Virus record (IMG/VR): IMGVR_UViG_3300020591_000001 | Coordinates: 1 to 58,059 of that record | Length of the DNA stretch: 58,059 nucleotides | Direction: 5' to 3' (one strand) | Source of the DNA: a virus | Lineage: Duplodnaviria; Caudoviricetes | In this document: piece after piece, positions 26,973-37,789 of the stretch | Numbering within the stretch: position 1 is the first letter of the stretch | How the letters are laid out: every line of letters begins with the position of its first letter | Made by a program: the position numbers and the translations under genes | The notes under the pieces: model-generated | The model's database searches: none | Told to the model about the DNA's origin: nothing | Seen by the model: only the letters and a program-made list of their open reading frames with translations

Positions 26973-29900
26973 CTAGTCCTCCTGATACCTGATGACGAGC
27001 CTACTGCCGCTGGACTTGGTCTCTCGCAGCATCTCGTAATCGCCGATGCGGAATCGCTCGTCCACACGAGCGCGCGGGCTCACGAAGTTCACCAGGCTCG
27101 CATCGGAGGCGTCAGCCTCCCACCACGACAGCGGCGTCTGGTCGTTGCGAATCTGCACGCCCGAAGGGTGGATGAAGGTGTTGAAGCTGGAGCCCTCCGA
27201 GGAGATCGCCACGCCCGTTGTCGGGTTACCAGTCTCAGCCTCGACTCCGTCCGCCCCGAACTCGAAGACGGCGTCGTAGGGCGCGATCCAGACCTCGCCG
27301 GTGGTCGCGTCGAGGATGAAGCTCGGGTTTCCAGAAACATCGTAGGCCGTCAGCGCAGCGTCGGTGATCTTGATGCCGGTGTTCGCCAGAGGGCTCGTCT
27401 GGATCGTGACGCCCGTGATCGGCAGCAGCTCGATCGGCCCAGCCTCGGGGGACTCGGAAGTCTGACCGCGCTCGTCCACCATGACGATCTTCGCCCAGTA
27501 GTTTCCGGGAGCCAGTCCCGGAACGACAACCTCGCCAGCGCCGGTGAGCGGCATTCCGGCGCGGACGAACGTGCCGCCGGAGCTGGTAGAGATCGCCGCG
27601 TAGACGTATTTGATCTGCGGCAGCATCCCGCCGCCGCTCCAGCGGATGCGCAGCAGGCCAGCGTACTGATCCAGCGTCGGCGCGTCCGGCGCGGGTGCCG
27701 CGGAGATCGTTGCGTCAGCGACCGCAACGACGGGGCCGGTGAGGTCGCTCTGGCCGCCGAAGCCGGAGACAGCCCGAACCTGGAAGCTCCACTCCTCCCC
27801 ATCCGCAACGCCGTAGCGCACGCTCGGCACCAGCGACGACGTGAGGTAACGCGCGTCGGTCTCGTCGCTTCGCTTGCCCCACAGGTCGTAGCCGGTGATG
27901 TCGATCGGATCGCCGTCGATATCCTCGGTGGGCGCGGTCCACTCCAGGTCGAACCAGGCAGTCGGGAAGTAGCCGGAGGCGTCCCATCCCGCTCCGGCAG
28001 TCGCCGTGAGGTCGGTGGGAACCTTCGGCTTGGGCGGGTCGAGATGAGGGTCGGTGAGGGTGATCGCTTCGGGGTCGGACGCATCTCCCGCATTGCCCAG
28101 GCGGTCGTAGCCGCGCAGGCGCACGAGGTAGTCACCCCAGAGGCCACCCTTGTTCAGGACGATCGTGCCAGCGCCAGGGATCGGCGTCCCCTCGGTGGTG
28201 TACGTGAGGCCGCCGTCGGTGCTGACTTCAGCAACGACGTAGGCCAGGCGAGCTGGTGCCGGGTCGGTGCCAAGAATGCCAGCCCAGACGATGTAGATGC
28301 CGCCGACGCCATCCGTGTAGAGGTCGGCGATCTGAGGGCCGTCCAGGTCTACGGCAGGTGCGAGAGTGGTGTGGTCGATGTCCTCGGAAAACTCGCCGTA
28401 GACGCCCGCAGAGCTTCGCCCGCGCACGCGGAACTCCACGTCCGCCAGAACATCCCAGTCGGGCATCTCCAGGCTTGTGTCGGCGGTCGCGCCGCGGAAG
28501 GCCCACTCGCCGCCGACAGCGGGCCGCCACCAGACCTCGTAAAGATCGACGGTGATGGGCGCGCCGTTCATGGCTTCGGTGATCGCGGCCCAGCTCAGAG
28601 TGACCTCGCTGCGGGCTGCACCATCACTGTTCCAGTAGCCCACACTCGTGACGGTGTCGAGCACGGGAGCGCTGGGGATGCGAGAGTCCAGCGGCGAGGG
28701 CGTCAAGCCATTGCCGCCGGAGATCGAGCCACCATTCTGCGCGCTCTGCCGCTTGGCAAGGCTCGCGGTTCCCGAGAGGATTCGATCCCCCGTCAGGGCC
28801 GTGATCGTGAAGGAGTCCGTGCGCTTGTCGATGGTGACCTGGCTGAGCCGGTCGGTGACGGGCTCGCTGTCGCCGGGAATGAGCACCCAGTCGCCAGGGC
28901 GGAACACGACGTAGGGGAAGAACTGCGCTGCGGCATCCTGAGCCGTGTACTCGAAGGTGCGCTCAGAGATGGCAGAGGAGTTGTCACGCAGCGCGTTGTC
29001 GCCGATCGTGTTGGCCTCGCCGGGGGTTGTGACGCCCTGCGCCGAGACCCAGCCCTCCATCTGGCCGAACACGTTCGCATCGAACGCCGCCTTCTCTCGG
29101 GTGACCTGCACGTCCTCGTCGCCGGTGACCGTGACGCGAGTGAGGCGCTTCTCCACGGTGCTGCGCCGCGGCGCACGCGAGAGGGTCGCGAGCGAGAAGT
29201 TCACGACGGGGCTCGCCCCCACGTCCGCGAAGCTGGAGCCGGTGCCGGGGTTGAGCAACACGAGCCACGCCTTCTCGGTGTGGTAGGCGGTGGTGTATTC
29301 CGCGTAGCCGTCAGTGACGAGCCCTTCGAGCACCTGTGAGATTGGGGTGCCCTTGCTCACCTTGCGGTCGATGGTCGTGTTCAGCCAGGTCTCGCCGAGG
29401 CTGGTCCGCGAGGCGCTGAACGCCTTGTCGATGCGAGGGCCCCAGCCGCGACCCTTGGCGTCGTTGATGAGGTCGGCGAGGATGCGCCCCGGTGTGACCC
29501 CCGTCCACTCGTAGTCCTTCTGTGCGTAGGCGAAGGCAAGCGAGAAGTCCACGAACTCGGTGCCGGTATAACTGTTCGCCTTCGTGGGGTCAACATCATC
29601 GCCCTCGACGCGCGAGAGCACGAGGCGGTGGTTGGTGAAGTACCAGTCGAAGCCGTCCGACACGTCGATATCCACGATGCTGAAGTCGGCGAAGTCGGTC
29701 GCGTTGAGGCGGCTCATGGCGATGGTGCAGGTCGTGGTCGCGCTGGAGGGATCGACCAGGCTGATCGTGTCAGCGGGAACGATCTTGCCGGGTCGCCACT
29801 CGCCGCCCGAGAACTCGACCACGCGAGCGCGGATGTCGAAGCTCTGGTCGGGAGTGCGCTGCACGATCTCGGGAGCCGCGGGAGGGTTCTTGGCGAAGAG

Positions 29901-30578
29901 GGTGACCTGCTTCGAGCCCAGCACGGTCGCGCCGCTCTTCGTGACGGCAGTGATGACGATGGGGGCTTGGCTCTGGCCGGGGAACTCGCTCATCACGTCT
30001 GGCACTGTCCAAGTGGCGCTCGCGCCGATGCCAGTTCCGATGGTGCCGCTCTCGGAGCCCGAGGCCCACGTCACGTCGTGCGTGTAGCTGCTGACTGCGC
30101 GAGGCAGGGTGATCGTGACGGTCGCGCCGACCGCCGCCGGGCTCGGGCTGACCTTGGGGGTGGTTGCTCGCGGGATCGCCGTCAGCGCCACGGTCCCCGA
30201 GACGGACATGGTGCCGGGCGCGTAGCCGAGAGGACTGCGCTCCCAGGAGCCCGACACCGCGATCGACTTGGTGCCATCGGTGCCGTGGGTGATCGTCCGG
30301 CTGCCCGAGGCGACAATGTGTTCGCTCCAGCCGTTCCACGGGGCGGTGGGGTTCTGGTTGTACTGGTTGAAGACCTCCACGCCGTCGATGGTGACCTTCT
30401 GGGTAGCGAAGTAGTCGTAGAAGCCCTGGTAGCTGCGATCCTTCTGGATAGCCATCGCCCAGTTGACTGTGCTCTGGTTCGCCGCGACGTTCTGCGAGGC
30501 GAGATTGACCGTCAGGCGCAGGCGGTACTTCGCTCCACCGTTGGGAACCGAGTGCCACCCCGAGTAGAAGTCGGCCAT
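26973..30578 (-). CDS. Large minor tail protein with FN3-like domains
   Basis: 1201 aa; HGTDGTKSI...IPRAT domain and FN3-like LxWxAP...GY...F.VRA repeats. Confidence 0.82.
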   Translation of the reverse strand: MADFYSGWHSVPNGGAKYRLRLTVNLASQNVAANQSTVNWAMAIQKDRSYQGFYDYFATQKVTIDGVEVFNQYNQNPTAPWNGWSEHIVASGSRTITHGTDGTKSIAVSGSWERSPLGYAPGTMSVSGTVALTAIPRATTPKVSPSPAAVGATVTITLPRAVSSYTHDVTWASGSESGTIGTGIGASATWTVPDVMSEFPGQSQAPIVITAVTKSGATVLGSKQVTLFAKNPPAAPEIVQRTPDQSFDIRARVVEFSGGEWRPGKIVPADTISLVDPSSATTTCTIAMSRLNATDFADFSIVDIDVSDGFDWYFTNHRLVLSRVEGDDVDPTKANSYTGTEFVDFSLAFAYAQKDYEWTGVTPGRILADLINDAKGRGWGPRIDKAFSASRTSLGETWLNTTIDRKVSKGTPISQVLEGLVTDGYAEYTTAYHTEKAWLVLLNPGTGSSFADVGASPVVNFSLATLSRAPRRSTVEKRLTRVTVTGDEDVQVTREKAAFDANVFGQMEGWVSAQGVTTPGEANTIGDNALRDNSSAISERTFEYTAQDAAAQFFPYVVFRPGDWVLIPGDSEPVTDRLSQVTIDKRTDSFTITALTGDRILSGTASLAKRQSAQNGGSISGGNGLTPSPLDSRIPSAPVLDTVTSVGYWNSDGAARSEVTLSWAAITEAMNGAPITVDLYEVWWRPAVGGEWAFRGATADTSLEMPDWDVLADVEFRVRGRSSAGVYGEFSEDIDHTTLAPAVDLDGPQIADLYTDGVGGIYIVWAGILGTDPAPARLAYVVAEVSTDGGLTYTTEGTPIPGAGTIVLNKGGLWGDYLVRLRGYDRLGNAGDASDPEAITLTDPHLDPPKPKVPTDLTATAGAGWDASGYFPTAWFDLEWTAPTEDIDGDPIDITGYDLWGKRSDETDARYLTSSLVPSVRYGVADGEEWSFQVRAVSGFGGQSDLTGPVVAVADATISAAPAPDAPTLDQYAGLLRIRWSGGGMLPQIKYVYAAISTSSGGTFVRAGMPLTGAGEVVVPGLAPGNYWAKIVMVDERGQTSESPEAGPIELLPITGVTIQTSPLANTGIKITDAALTAYDVSGNPSFILDATTGEVWIAPYDAVFEFGADGVEAETGNPTTGVAISSEGSSFNTFIHPSGVQIRNDQTPLSWWEADASDASLVNFVSPRARVDERFRIGDYEMLRETKSSGSRLVIRYQED

Positions 30579-30579
30579 C

Positions 30580-31386
30580 TCAGTTCATCCTGTAGGCGCG
30601 CTTGGCGCGAACGCGCAGCGTCGTGCTCGTCTGGGTGAGGGTGGTCAGCGACAGCTCGACCTCGCGATCTGCCGGGTTTCCGGAAACCAGCTTCGGAGTC
30701 AGGCGGAAGCCACCATGCGGCGAGACATCGACGTAGCTGCTGGCATCCGATACCGGCACCCAGGGGTTCGACTCGTTCGCCAGGAACGCCTGCTGCGTGG
30801 CCCCGACGTAGAGCAGGCCGGTACTGGATGAGCCCGACCATGCGCGCGTCGTCTTCAGCCAGGAGCCGCCCGAGTCCGTCAAAACGAACTCGCCGAAGAC
30901 GCCTCGGATGAACACGTCGGCGTCGAAGATCGGAGCACTGAGGTCATCCAGCATCGTGAAGGTCTGAGTCGGGCCGGTGATGTTGGTCGGGCCGACGACG
31001 ACAGCGCTCACGTCTCGCCAGACCCCCTCGTAGGCGCTGATGGTGATGGTGACATCGTGAACAGCATCGAAGGGGGTGTTGCTCGGCGACGGGATCGCAG
31101 AGGCGACCTCGATGTACGCCTCCTTCGTGGGGTCGTCCGTGCGGCTGAGCGTCGTTGCACTCGCGCACAGCGCCAGAAGCTCCTCCAGGCGCTCCCTTGG
31201 GGTGCGCACGTTGAGGACGATGATCTGCTCGGTGTAGGTGCTCGGCGCGGGCTTGTAGCCAGGGCGGTTCGGGTTGGGCACCTTGTTGAGCTGGTTCGTG
31301 ATCCCGCCCTGGGTGTTCGTGCCGTCCCGCAGGATGCGCCACCCCGAGTGCCCCTCGTTCAGGGGGATGCCATTCAGGCTGTACAT
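30580..31386 (-). CDS. Minor tail protein (distal-tail position)
   Basis: Directly downstream of the tape measure gene; begins MYSLNGIPL. Confidence 0.7.
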   Translation of the reverse strand: MYSLNGIPLNEGHSGWRILRDGTNTQGGITNQLNKVPNPNRPGYKPAPSTYTEQIIVLNVRTPRERLEELLALCASATTLSRTDDPTKEAYIEVASAIPSPSNTPFDAVHDVTITISAYEGVWRDVSAVVVGPTNITGPTQTFTMLDDLSAPIFDADVFIRGVFGEFVLTDSGGSWLKTTRAWSGSSSTGLLYVGATQQAFLANESNPWVPVSDASSYVDVSPHGGFRLTPKLVSGNPADREVELSLTTLTQTSTTLRVRAKRAYRMN

Positions 31387-31387
31387 C

Positions 31388-34300
31388 TCAGTCTCCCCAG
31401 ATTCCTGCGGCCACGTTCTCCGAGTCCTCTCGGAGCTGCTTCAGCGGGTCGCGCGTCAACGGGTTGTTCTGCTGCACCGTGACGTAGGCCACTCGCTCGG
31501 GCCCGCGGTTTCCGGAAACCGCCGCGGCACCCAGCATATTCAGGAAGTTCGTGGGGAGCATCTTCCGGTTCAGAGACTCGAAGAAGTCCGGCCCCCAGAA
31601 CTTCGTAGCGGCGGCGGTGGAGATGTACTCTCCGGCACTCACGCGCGCGAGGATCGAGTCGGAGATGCCCGAACCGGGACCGCGGAACATGCCGTAGCCG
31701 CCGCCACTTGCGAAGCCCGGAAGAGCATCTCGACCGATGATTCCGCCGTCGCGCTTCTTGGGCTGGTTGCCCGACGCCGAGAACAGGGAGCCGTTGAAGT
31801 AGGGCGTGTTTGGCAGGATGGTCGCGCGGATGGTGATGTTGCCGTGGGCGGCTCGCCACGCATCCAGGCTCGCGCTGAGACCGTCTTCGTTGAGCTTGGC
31901 GGCGATCTCTTCCGGGCTCGCGGACTGGTCCTGCTTCCAGATGTCCAGGCTGCTGCTCAGTGCCGCACCATCCAGACTCGCCGGGAGAGTGATCTTCGCT
32001 CCCGTGACGTTATCCGTGTAGGTGTTGCTGTCGGTGTACGGCTGGCCAGTGGGGGAGTAGACGATCTTCGGCGTGACGGTGATGCGCCCCGAGAGCTGAT
32101 CCTGGAAGTAGGCGATCTGATCCTCAGTCGGGTCTTTCAGCTCGGGCGTGACGTTCAGCGGCAGGTTCGGGTGATCGACAGCCCACTGCTTCTCCCACGC
32201 CTCGCCGACCCCCGCAACCTGCGCCGCGATGTAGCTCTGCACATCTGCGAGGTTGCCCGTTTCTCCGAAGATGATGCCATACGCCTCATTGGAGTCCTGC
32301 ATGTTGGCTTCGAGTGCATTCTTGAAGGCGTCGCTCGCCAGGAACGCCGCGAAGCGCGCTGCCGCCTCCAGTCGCGCCTGACCGTCGCTGTCCAGCTCCA
32401 GCGACGACGAGAGGATGCCCTGTGCTTCGGGCCCCAGCTCGGCGAGCTGGAGCGCGAAAGAGGTGTTACCCCCTTCGGCGAGCTTCATGATGCCCTGGTA
32501 GAAGTTGAGGGCGTCCGTCGTGGCCGACTCCAGCGCCTCGCCGAACTTGGCGGCATCGATCGGCGCAGCGTCGATGCCAGCGTCCTTGTGCAGCTTGTTG
32601 TAGGCGTCGGCGGCTTCCTGCGCGGTCTCCTTGGCGCGATCGAGCACGCTGTCGAAGCTGACCGTGCCACTGATCGCACCCTGGAGCGCGTCGCGAAGAT
32701 CATCCAACCGATCGGTGACGCCGGAGAAGGTGACATCGACATCCGTTCCAGCCTCCGAGAGGGTGCGGAAGTCTGCCGCGCTCGCAGCGACCACCTCGCC
32801 GGTGTCGCTGATCGAAGACCCGGCGAGAGCCGCCTGGAACGCTGCGTCTCGATACGCGTCGGTGACGGAGCTGAGGATTTTCGGCAGAACGACGCTCCGG
32901 AAGACCGTCGCGCCCGCCAGGTCGGCGTTCGGGTCGGCCTTGGCGTAGCCCTCCTGCCAGGCGTCATAGGCGGCGTAAGCGGCCTCCTCGCCCTGTTCGA
33001 TCGCGATCTGGCTGATCTGGTTCACGTCGAGTCCGCCCATGATGAGCTTCTCGAACGTGTCGCGACTGACGAACTCGTCGGCGCTTCCCGGCTGGAAGAT
33101 CGTCTCCCAGAGGGTTTCCCAGAAGTCGGAACCGTCGATGATGTCCTTGATGTCTTCCTGGTTCTTCAGCGCGTCAGCGATCCACGCCTTGCTCGTCTCG
33201 CCAAGCGAGAACGCCTGGGCGTCGATCGCGCCGCTCGTGCTGTTGATCTGCCCCTCGGCCTGCTTCTGGACCTGGATGGCGGTGAGGATCGACTGGTTGA
33301 AGTCGCTGAGCTTGGGGACGATCTTGGTGCTGGAGTCCCCGACCTGCTCGATCCCGCGCCGGAACGCATTGGGGTTGTCCGAGATCAGCGCATCCTTCAG
33401 GCCCGAGATGTCGTCCGTGAGGCGCTTGCTCGGGTTGATGGCCTTGTCGATCGCACCGGCCCACTGGTCGATAAGGGCGATGGCCGCGGTGATCGCGATG
33501 ATGGGGAGCGCGATCTTCAGCGCGTTCATGGCGATCGTGAGGCCCTTTGTCGCCACAGTGCTCGCGGTGATCCCCGAAGCCGACTGCTTGACGGCGGTGC
33601 TGAATGCGGTAGTGCTCAGGGCCGCGGAGCGGGTTGCCTTGTCGGTGGAGACCAGCGCCATGACCCAGCTCTTCAGGCCCGTGGTGGCCGACTCCCATCC
33701 GAGTTGGCGCACGGCGAAGCTCAGCACGACGAGGCTGGCCTTGGTGAGCGCCAGCACGCCCACGAGGGCGGTGAGCCCGGCCAGCACGATTCCGGCGGCG
33801 GTGGCGAACTTCAGGAACGCCTGGCCGATGGGGGAGTCCGAGACCTTGTCGAGAGTGACCAGCAGGCTCGTCAGCGCCTCCAGCACGGCCCCGGCGGCGG
33901 GTGCGAACTCGTCTCCGACGGCAGCCGCGACGTTCTGCACGGCGTTCTGGAACTCCTGCCACTTGGCCGAGAGGGTTGCCTGGATGATGCCGTACTGGTT
34001 GGTGATCTCTGTGTTCTCTCGGAAGGCGCGGTTTGCACCTTCAAGGCTCTGCGTGACGAGGGGAACGTTCTGCGAGAGCGCTCGCATCGTCTGGTCCACG
34101 CGGATCGTGCTAAGACCGAGAGTGTCGAGGGCGCTCGTCTTGGCGACGGTGTCGAGCTGACTGAGGCCCGAGATGAAGGCAGTGAAGACCTCCTGGCCCC
34201 TGTTCTCGCGCACGAGGCGGTTGAGCTGGTCGGCGGTCATGTTCGTCAGTTCGGCGAACGCCGCGAGCTTGGGGCCACCCTCTGCAACCGCCGTGTTGAG

Positions 34301-35650
34301 GGCCCCGAAGTAGAGCGACAGGGCACCGCGCGCTCGTTCCGGCGGGATCGCCAGAGACGACAGCGCGCCAGCGAGGCCGACGATCGCATCTGCACTGAAG
34401 CCTGCGCCAGAGGCAAGCGCCGTGATCTCCTTGGCGGTGTTCTGGATCGTGGACTCGGTTGCGACGGTTGTGCGAGCGGTGTAGGTGATGGCCGACGCGA
34501 GGTTGCTGTACTGACTGGCCGCCAGGCCCGTCAGGTTCGAGATGCGACCGAAGGCGGTGGCGGCATCTTCGGCGCTCTGGCCCGAGACCGCCGTGTACAT
34601 GGCGATGACCCGGGTGAAGGACTCGATGTCCTCTGCGGCGATGCCGAGCTGGTTACCCAGGGTCGCGATCTGAGCCAGGTCGATGACGGAGATCGGAGTT
34701 GAGGTGCTCAGCTCGAAGAGTCGATCCTGGAGCGAGGAGAGCTGAGCATCGGTGCCCTCAAAGGTGCGCTCCACGTCGGCGAAGCTGCGCTCGATCTCGG
34801 TCGAGGCGGTGATGGATGCCGTGCCGAGGTTGATGATCGACTGGCTGGCCTTTGTGGCGAGACCGGCGAGGATGAAGTACGAGTACGAGGACTGGAAGGC
34901 GTTGTTCTCGTTCGCCACGCCCGCGTGCGCCTCGCGCTCTTGCGCAGTGGCGAGGCCGTTCTTGGCGGTCTGGTAGTCGCGAGTGGCGGCGGTGAGTCGC
35001 TGCGTGGCCGCGGTCTGGGCGTTGAGGTTCGCTGCGGTGGGGTTGGCCGCGGCGCGCTCGTTCGTGACATTCACCAGCCGTGTCGCGGTGGCGAGTTCCT
35101 GGGTGGCGCGGATGAGGCGAGCCTTGGCCGCCTCCACCGGAGTCATGGCAGCCAGTTCGCGCTCCCACTGCGCGCGCGCTAGCTCGCCCTGCGCGGTGAC
35201 GACTCGACCTCGTGCAGCCAGGAGCGCCTGCTCCTCCTGCTCGACGGCGATGAGATCGCGCACAGGGTCAGCGTTGAACGCCTCCTGCTGAAGGCGAATC
35301 ATCTCGGCGGCGCTGCGGCCACGCGCCGCGCCGCCGAACGCCCCCGCCAGGCGCTCTGCCGGGGTTGCCCCCACGCGCAGAGAAGCGTACTGCTGGTAGG
35401 CGCGCTTTTGGACCTCCAGCGAGGTCGTGAGGTGCTGCACGGCGGTGGCTGCGCCCTCGTAGGATCGCGATGTGCCAGCCATCGCCCGCATCTGGTCGGC
35501 GATCGCCTGCGTGGCCCGACCGCTCTCCGTGGAGAGCTTCCCCATCGCGGCGGCGGTGGTCAGGCCCTTGTTGGTGAGGTTTTCGAGCTGGGCGATTGCC
35601 GCCTGGACGCCAGTAGACGTGACTGCTACAGAAAGGTCAACGTCCGCCAT
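31388..35650 (-). CDS. Tape measure protein
   Basis: 1420 aa, Ala-rich helical, TMP core (FADVERT, GNQLGI), C-terminal GPGSGISDSILARVSAGEY. Confidence 0.92.
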   Translation of the reverse strand: MADVDLSVAVTSTGVQAAIAQLENLTNKGLTTAAAMGKLSTESGRATQAIADQMRAMAGTSRSYEGAATAVQHLTTSLEVQKRAYQQYASLRVGATPAERLAGAFGGAARGRSAAEMIRLQQEAFNADPVRDLIAVEQEEQALLAARGRVVTAQGELARAQWERELAAMTPVEAAKARLIRATQELATATRLVNVTNERAAANPTAANLNAQTAATQRLTAATRDYQTAKNGLATAQEREAHAGVANENNAFQSSYSYFILAGLATKASQSIINLGTASITASTEIERSFADVERTFEGTDAQLSSLQDRLFELSTSTPISVIDLAQIATLGNQLGIAAEDIESFTRVIAMYTAVSGQSAEDAATAFGRISNLTGLAASQYSNLASAITYTARTTVATESTIQNTAKEITALASGAGFSADAIVGLAGALSSLAIPPERARGALSLYFGALNTAVAEGGPKLAAFAELTNMTADQLNRLVRENRGQEVFTAFISGLSQLDTVAKTSALDTLGLSTIRVDQTMRALSQNVPLVTQSLEGANRAFRENTEITNQYGIIQATLSAKWQEFQNAVQNVAAAVGDEFAPAAGAVLEALTSLLVTLDKVSDSPIGQAFLKFATAAGIVLAGLTALVGVLALTKASLVVLSFAVRQLGWESATTGLKSWVMALVSTDKATRSAALSTTAFSTAVKQSASGITASTVATKGLTIAMNALKIALPIIAITAAIALIDQWAGAIDKAINPSKRLTDDISGLKDALISDNPNAFRRGIEQVGDSSTKIVPKLSDFNQSILTAIQVQKQAEGQINSTSGAIDAQAFSLGETSKAWIADALKNQEDIKDIIDGSDFWETLWETIFQPGSADEFVSRDTFEKLIMGGLDVNQISQIAIEQGEEAAYAAYDAWQEGYAKADPNADLAGATVFRSVVLPKILSSVTDAYRDAAFQAALAGSSISDTGEVVAASAADFRTLSEAGTDVDVTFSGVTDRLDDLRDALQGAISGTVSFDSVLDRAKETAQEAADAYNKLHKDAGIDAAPIDAAKFGEALESATTDALNFYQGIMKLAEGGNTSFALQLAELGPEAQGILSSSLELDSDGQARLEAAARFAAFLASDAFKNALEANMQDSNEAYGIIFGETGNLADVQSYIAAQVAGVGEAWEKQWAVDHPNLPLNVTPELKDPTEDQIAYFQDQLSGRITVTPKIVYSPTGQPYTDSNTYTDNVTGAKITLPASLDGAALSSSLDIWKQDQSASPEEIAAKLNEDGLSASLDAWRAAHGNITIRATILPNTPYFNGSLFSASGNQPKKRDGGIIGRDALPGFASGGGYGMFRGPGSGISDSILARVSAGEYISTAAATKFWGPDFFESLNRKMLPTNFLNMLGAAAVSGNRGPERVAYVTVQQNNPLTRDPLKQLREDSENVAAGIWGD

Positions 35651-35706
35651 GTCAGCATCCTACCGGCGTTTCGGGGCCACTTTCCGAGCCTCCGGTTTCC
35701 GGAAAC

Positions 35707-36180
35707 CTACTCTCGCTCGGCATCATCCAAGTCCGGAATGAGCCCCATCTTCCTCGCGCGGTCGATGAGGTAGGGCCGCCGGAAGTCGCTCAGCTCCAAC
35801 CCCTCAGCGACAGCGTCTTCGGTCAAGAACGGCTCCGCGAAGATGCGCGTCCCGTACTGCGGGTTCTTGTCGTCCTTCGCGAGACGAGCCTGCTCACGCT
35901 CGGCCATCTGCGTTCCGGCGCATTCATCCCGCGCGAGCTTGAACTGGATGCGGTTGTCGTCGGTGTGGCAGACGTACTTCGGCAGGCCGCACTGGCTGCA
36001 TAGCTCGCTGAGGAAGCGCTGGTACGCCTTCGCAAGGGTGATGTCGATGCGTGTCCACGGCTTCTTCGAGTCCTTCCCCAGGATCAGGGCGCTCGGCCTG
36101 ACTCCGTGCGCGATAGACGCCTTCATCAGGTCGATGTACCCCGACCCCGCCGTCGAGGAGAAGAACTCTACGAGAAATCC
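35707..36180 (-). CDS. Tail assembly chaperone, -1 frameshift extension
   Basis: Open -1 frame entered at GGATTTC (36180-36174) just before the upstream stop. Confidence 0.75.
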   Translation of the reverse strand, partial: GFLVEFFSSTAGSGYIDLMKASIAHGVRPSALILGKDSKKPWTRIDITLAKAYQRFLSELCSQCGLPKYVCHTDDNRIQFKLARDECAGTQMAEREQARLAKDDKNPQYGTRIFAEPFLTEDAVAEGLELSDFRRPYLIDRARKMGLIPDLDDAERE

Positions 36181-36908
36181 TCCTGGCTCTCGATGCTGCG
36201 CGAGATCGCGTCGGTGAACTGCACTTCGCCGATCTTCGCATCCAGTCGGGCCCACTGGCTCGGCGGCAGGAAGTCCATCAGCGCAGTCGCATCCTCATAG
36301 GTCACGTCGTTGTTCACGTAGCCGGTCTGGTTGTCGGTGATCGTCTGGAACATGACGCTCATCAGGTGCGCCGTCTCGGCCAGCACCAGCGCCTCCTTCA
36401 GGTCGTCCGGCACCTTCTTGGTCTCGATCCCGAGGGTCTGCTTCGCCTTGCGGTGGCAGTCCTTGTGGATGACCGGCGGAACCGCGCGCATGTGGATCGT
36501 GATGCCGGTCTTGGTCAGCTCTGCGACCATCTCGTCACGCTTAGCCTCCAGCTCGGCGATGCGCTCATCGAACCCCGCGATGACGCCCTTCAGCTTGATA
36601 CGGTCGGCCTCCGGCATGTCGGGGTTCTTCTCGATGGTCTTGTCCCACTCAGAGACCGCCGCCGCACGCGCTTCGGTGATCTTGTCGAGTTCCCCGATAA
36701 GACCGCTTCGCTCGCGACCGACCACGATGCCGAGGTTGTTGCGGATGTCGTGCGCGTCGCCCAGCTCGGCACCAAGCTCCTCGTCCAGGTAGAGGGTGAT
36801 GCTCGCTCGGCGCAGCCCGCGCCCCTCCAGCCGTGCCTTCAGGTCGAAGCCCTTCTTGGTGATCTTGGCGATGCGCTCCACCTCGGCCTGGTCGATGATC
36901 TCAGCCAT
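36168..36908 (-). CDS. Tail assembly chaperone
   Basis: Lies between tail tube and TMP genes; ends ...QEDFS at the slippery site. Confidence 0.8.
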   Translation of the reverse strand: MAEIIDQAEVERIAKITKKGFDLKARLEGRGLRRASITLYLDEELGAELGDAHDIRNNLGIVVGRERSGLIGELDKITEARAAAVSEWDKTIEKNPDMPEADRIKLKGVIAGFDERIAELEAKRDEMVAELTKTGITIHMRAVPPVIHKDCHRKAKQTLGIETKKVPDDLKEALVLAETAHLMSVMFQTITDNQTGYVNNDVTYEDATALMDFLPPSQWARLDAKIGEVQFTDAISRSIESQEDFS

Positions 36909-36975
36909 GTCCTCGTGTCCTTTCGATCTTTGTGGCTACGTGGGTTTCTGGAAACCCAGCATGAGTCTATACGCG

Positions 36976-37015
36976 CCAAGACCCCCAGCTCCGGGGGAGG
37001 AGCCAGGGGTCTTGG
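36976..37015 (-). terminator. Hairpin after the tail tube genes
   Basis: CCAAGACCCC...GGGGTCTTGG stem. Confidence 0.65.
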
Positions 37016-37033
37016 TTGCGGTAGCGACGTGCG

Positions 37034-37786
37034 CTACGTGGCGATCGTGATGGTGCTGGTGGACGAGTCCGTCGCGCCGGGGTACTGCGCCTTCAGCGTC
37101 GGCGTTCCGTCCGCGACGGCCTGGAAGATGCCGGGGTGAACCTGGATCAGCAGGCTCTCGTCGGACGAGACCCACACGACCTCCTTCGTCACGTCCCAGC
37201 CCTCGTAGGCCGCGCTCGCGAAGACGAGGTCACCCGGCTCTACCGTGGCAGAGGCCACCGTGACGGTGATGGTGCTCGGCGACGCCGCCGGGACGATGTA
37301 TCCGGGGAGGATGTCGTCGCGGGCGATGAGGTTGACGCTGTAGAACTTCGACACGTCGCCCTGGCCGAACGCCACCGCATCGGTGATGACGTGGTAGATC
37401 GTGAACCGATCCCCCGCCGCCGGGCCGAGGCTGTTCTGCTTGCCGTACCGCACGGCGACCACCAGCTCGACGCGGGGCGTCGAGAAGATGTCGTAGGCGG
37501 TGCGGTAGATGCTGGCCGTGTCGTCCACGCGCGGGTTCACGAACTGGAGGGTGCCTCCGAAGTTCGTGTAGCCGCGGCTCTGGGCACCCGCGCCGTCCGT
37601 CAGCGTCCGGTCGTCGCTCTGTTGCGACGCCTGGATGTTGAGGTCGAACGAAGCCCAGTTGATCGCGCCGGAGACGTTGGTCAGGGCGTTGAGTTCGGCC
37701 AGGGTGGGCTCGGACCAGTCCGAGATGCCCGAGGCCAGGCCCGCCAGGACCGTGACTCGCTGGTTGGAAAGAACCTTCGTGCTCAT
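37034..37786 (-). CDS. Major tail (tube) protein with C-terminal Ig-like domain
   Basis: PTLAELN, SDDRTL, VRYGK; C-terminal VVWVSSDES (Big_2-like). Confidence 0.78.
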   Translation of the reverse strand: MSTKVLSNQRVTVLAGLASGISDWSEPTLAELNALTNVSGAINWASFDLNIQASQQSDDRTLTDGAGAQSRGYTNFGGTLQFVNPRVDDTASIYRTAYDIFSTPRVELVVAVRYGKQNSLGPAAGDRFTIYHVITDAVAFGQGDVSKFYSVNLIARDDILPGYIVPAASPSTITVTVASATVEPGDLVFASAAYEGWDVTKEVVWVSSDESLLIQVHPGIFQAVADGTPTLKAQYPGATDSSTSTITIAT

Positions 37787-37789
37787 GGG

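Noticed and set aside
31274-34702. Long antisense ORFs (1142 aa here; also 27168..29339, 37136..38686, 42934..44484, 16837..18477, 54863..56428)
   Set aside because: These are shadow frames of GC-rich real genes, with no RBS or recognisable motifs and an antisense-typical composition.
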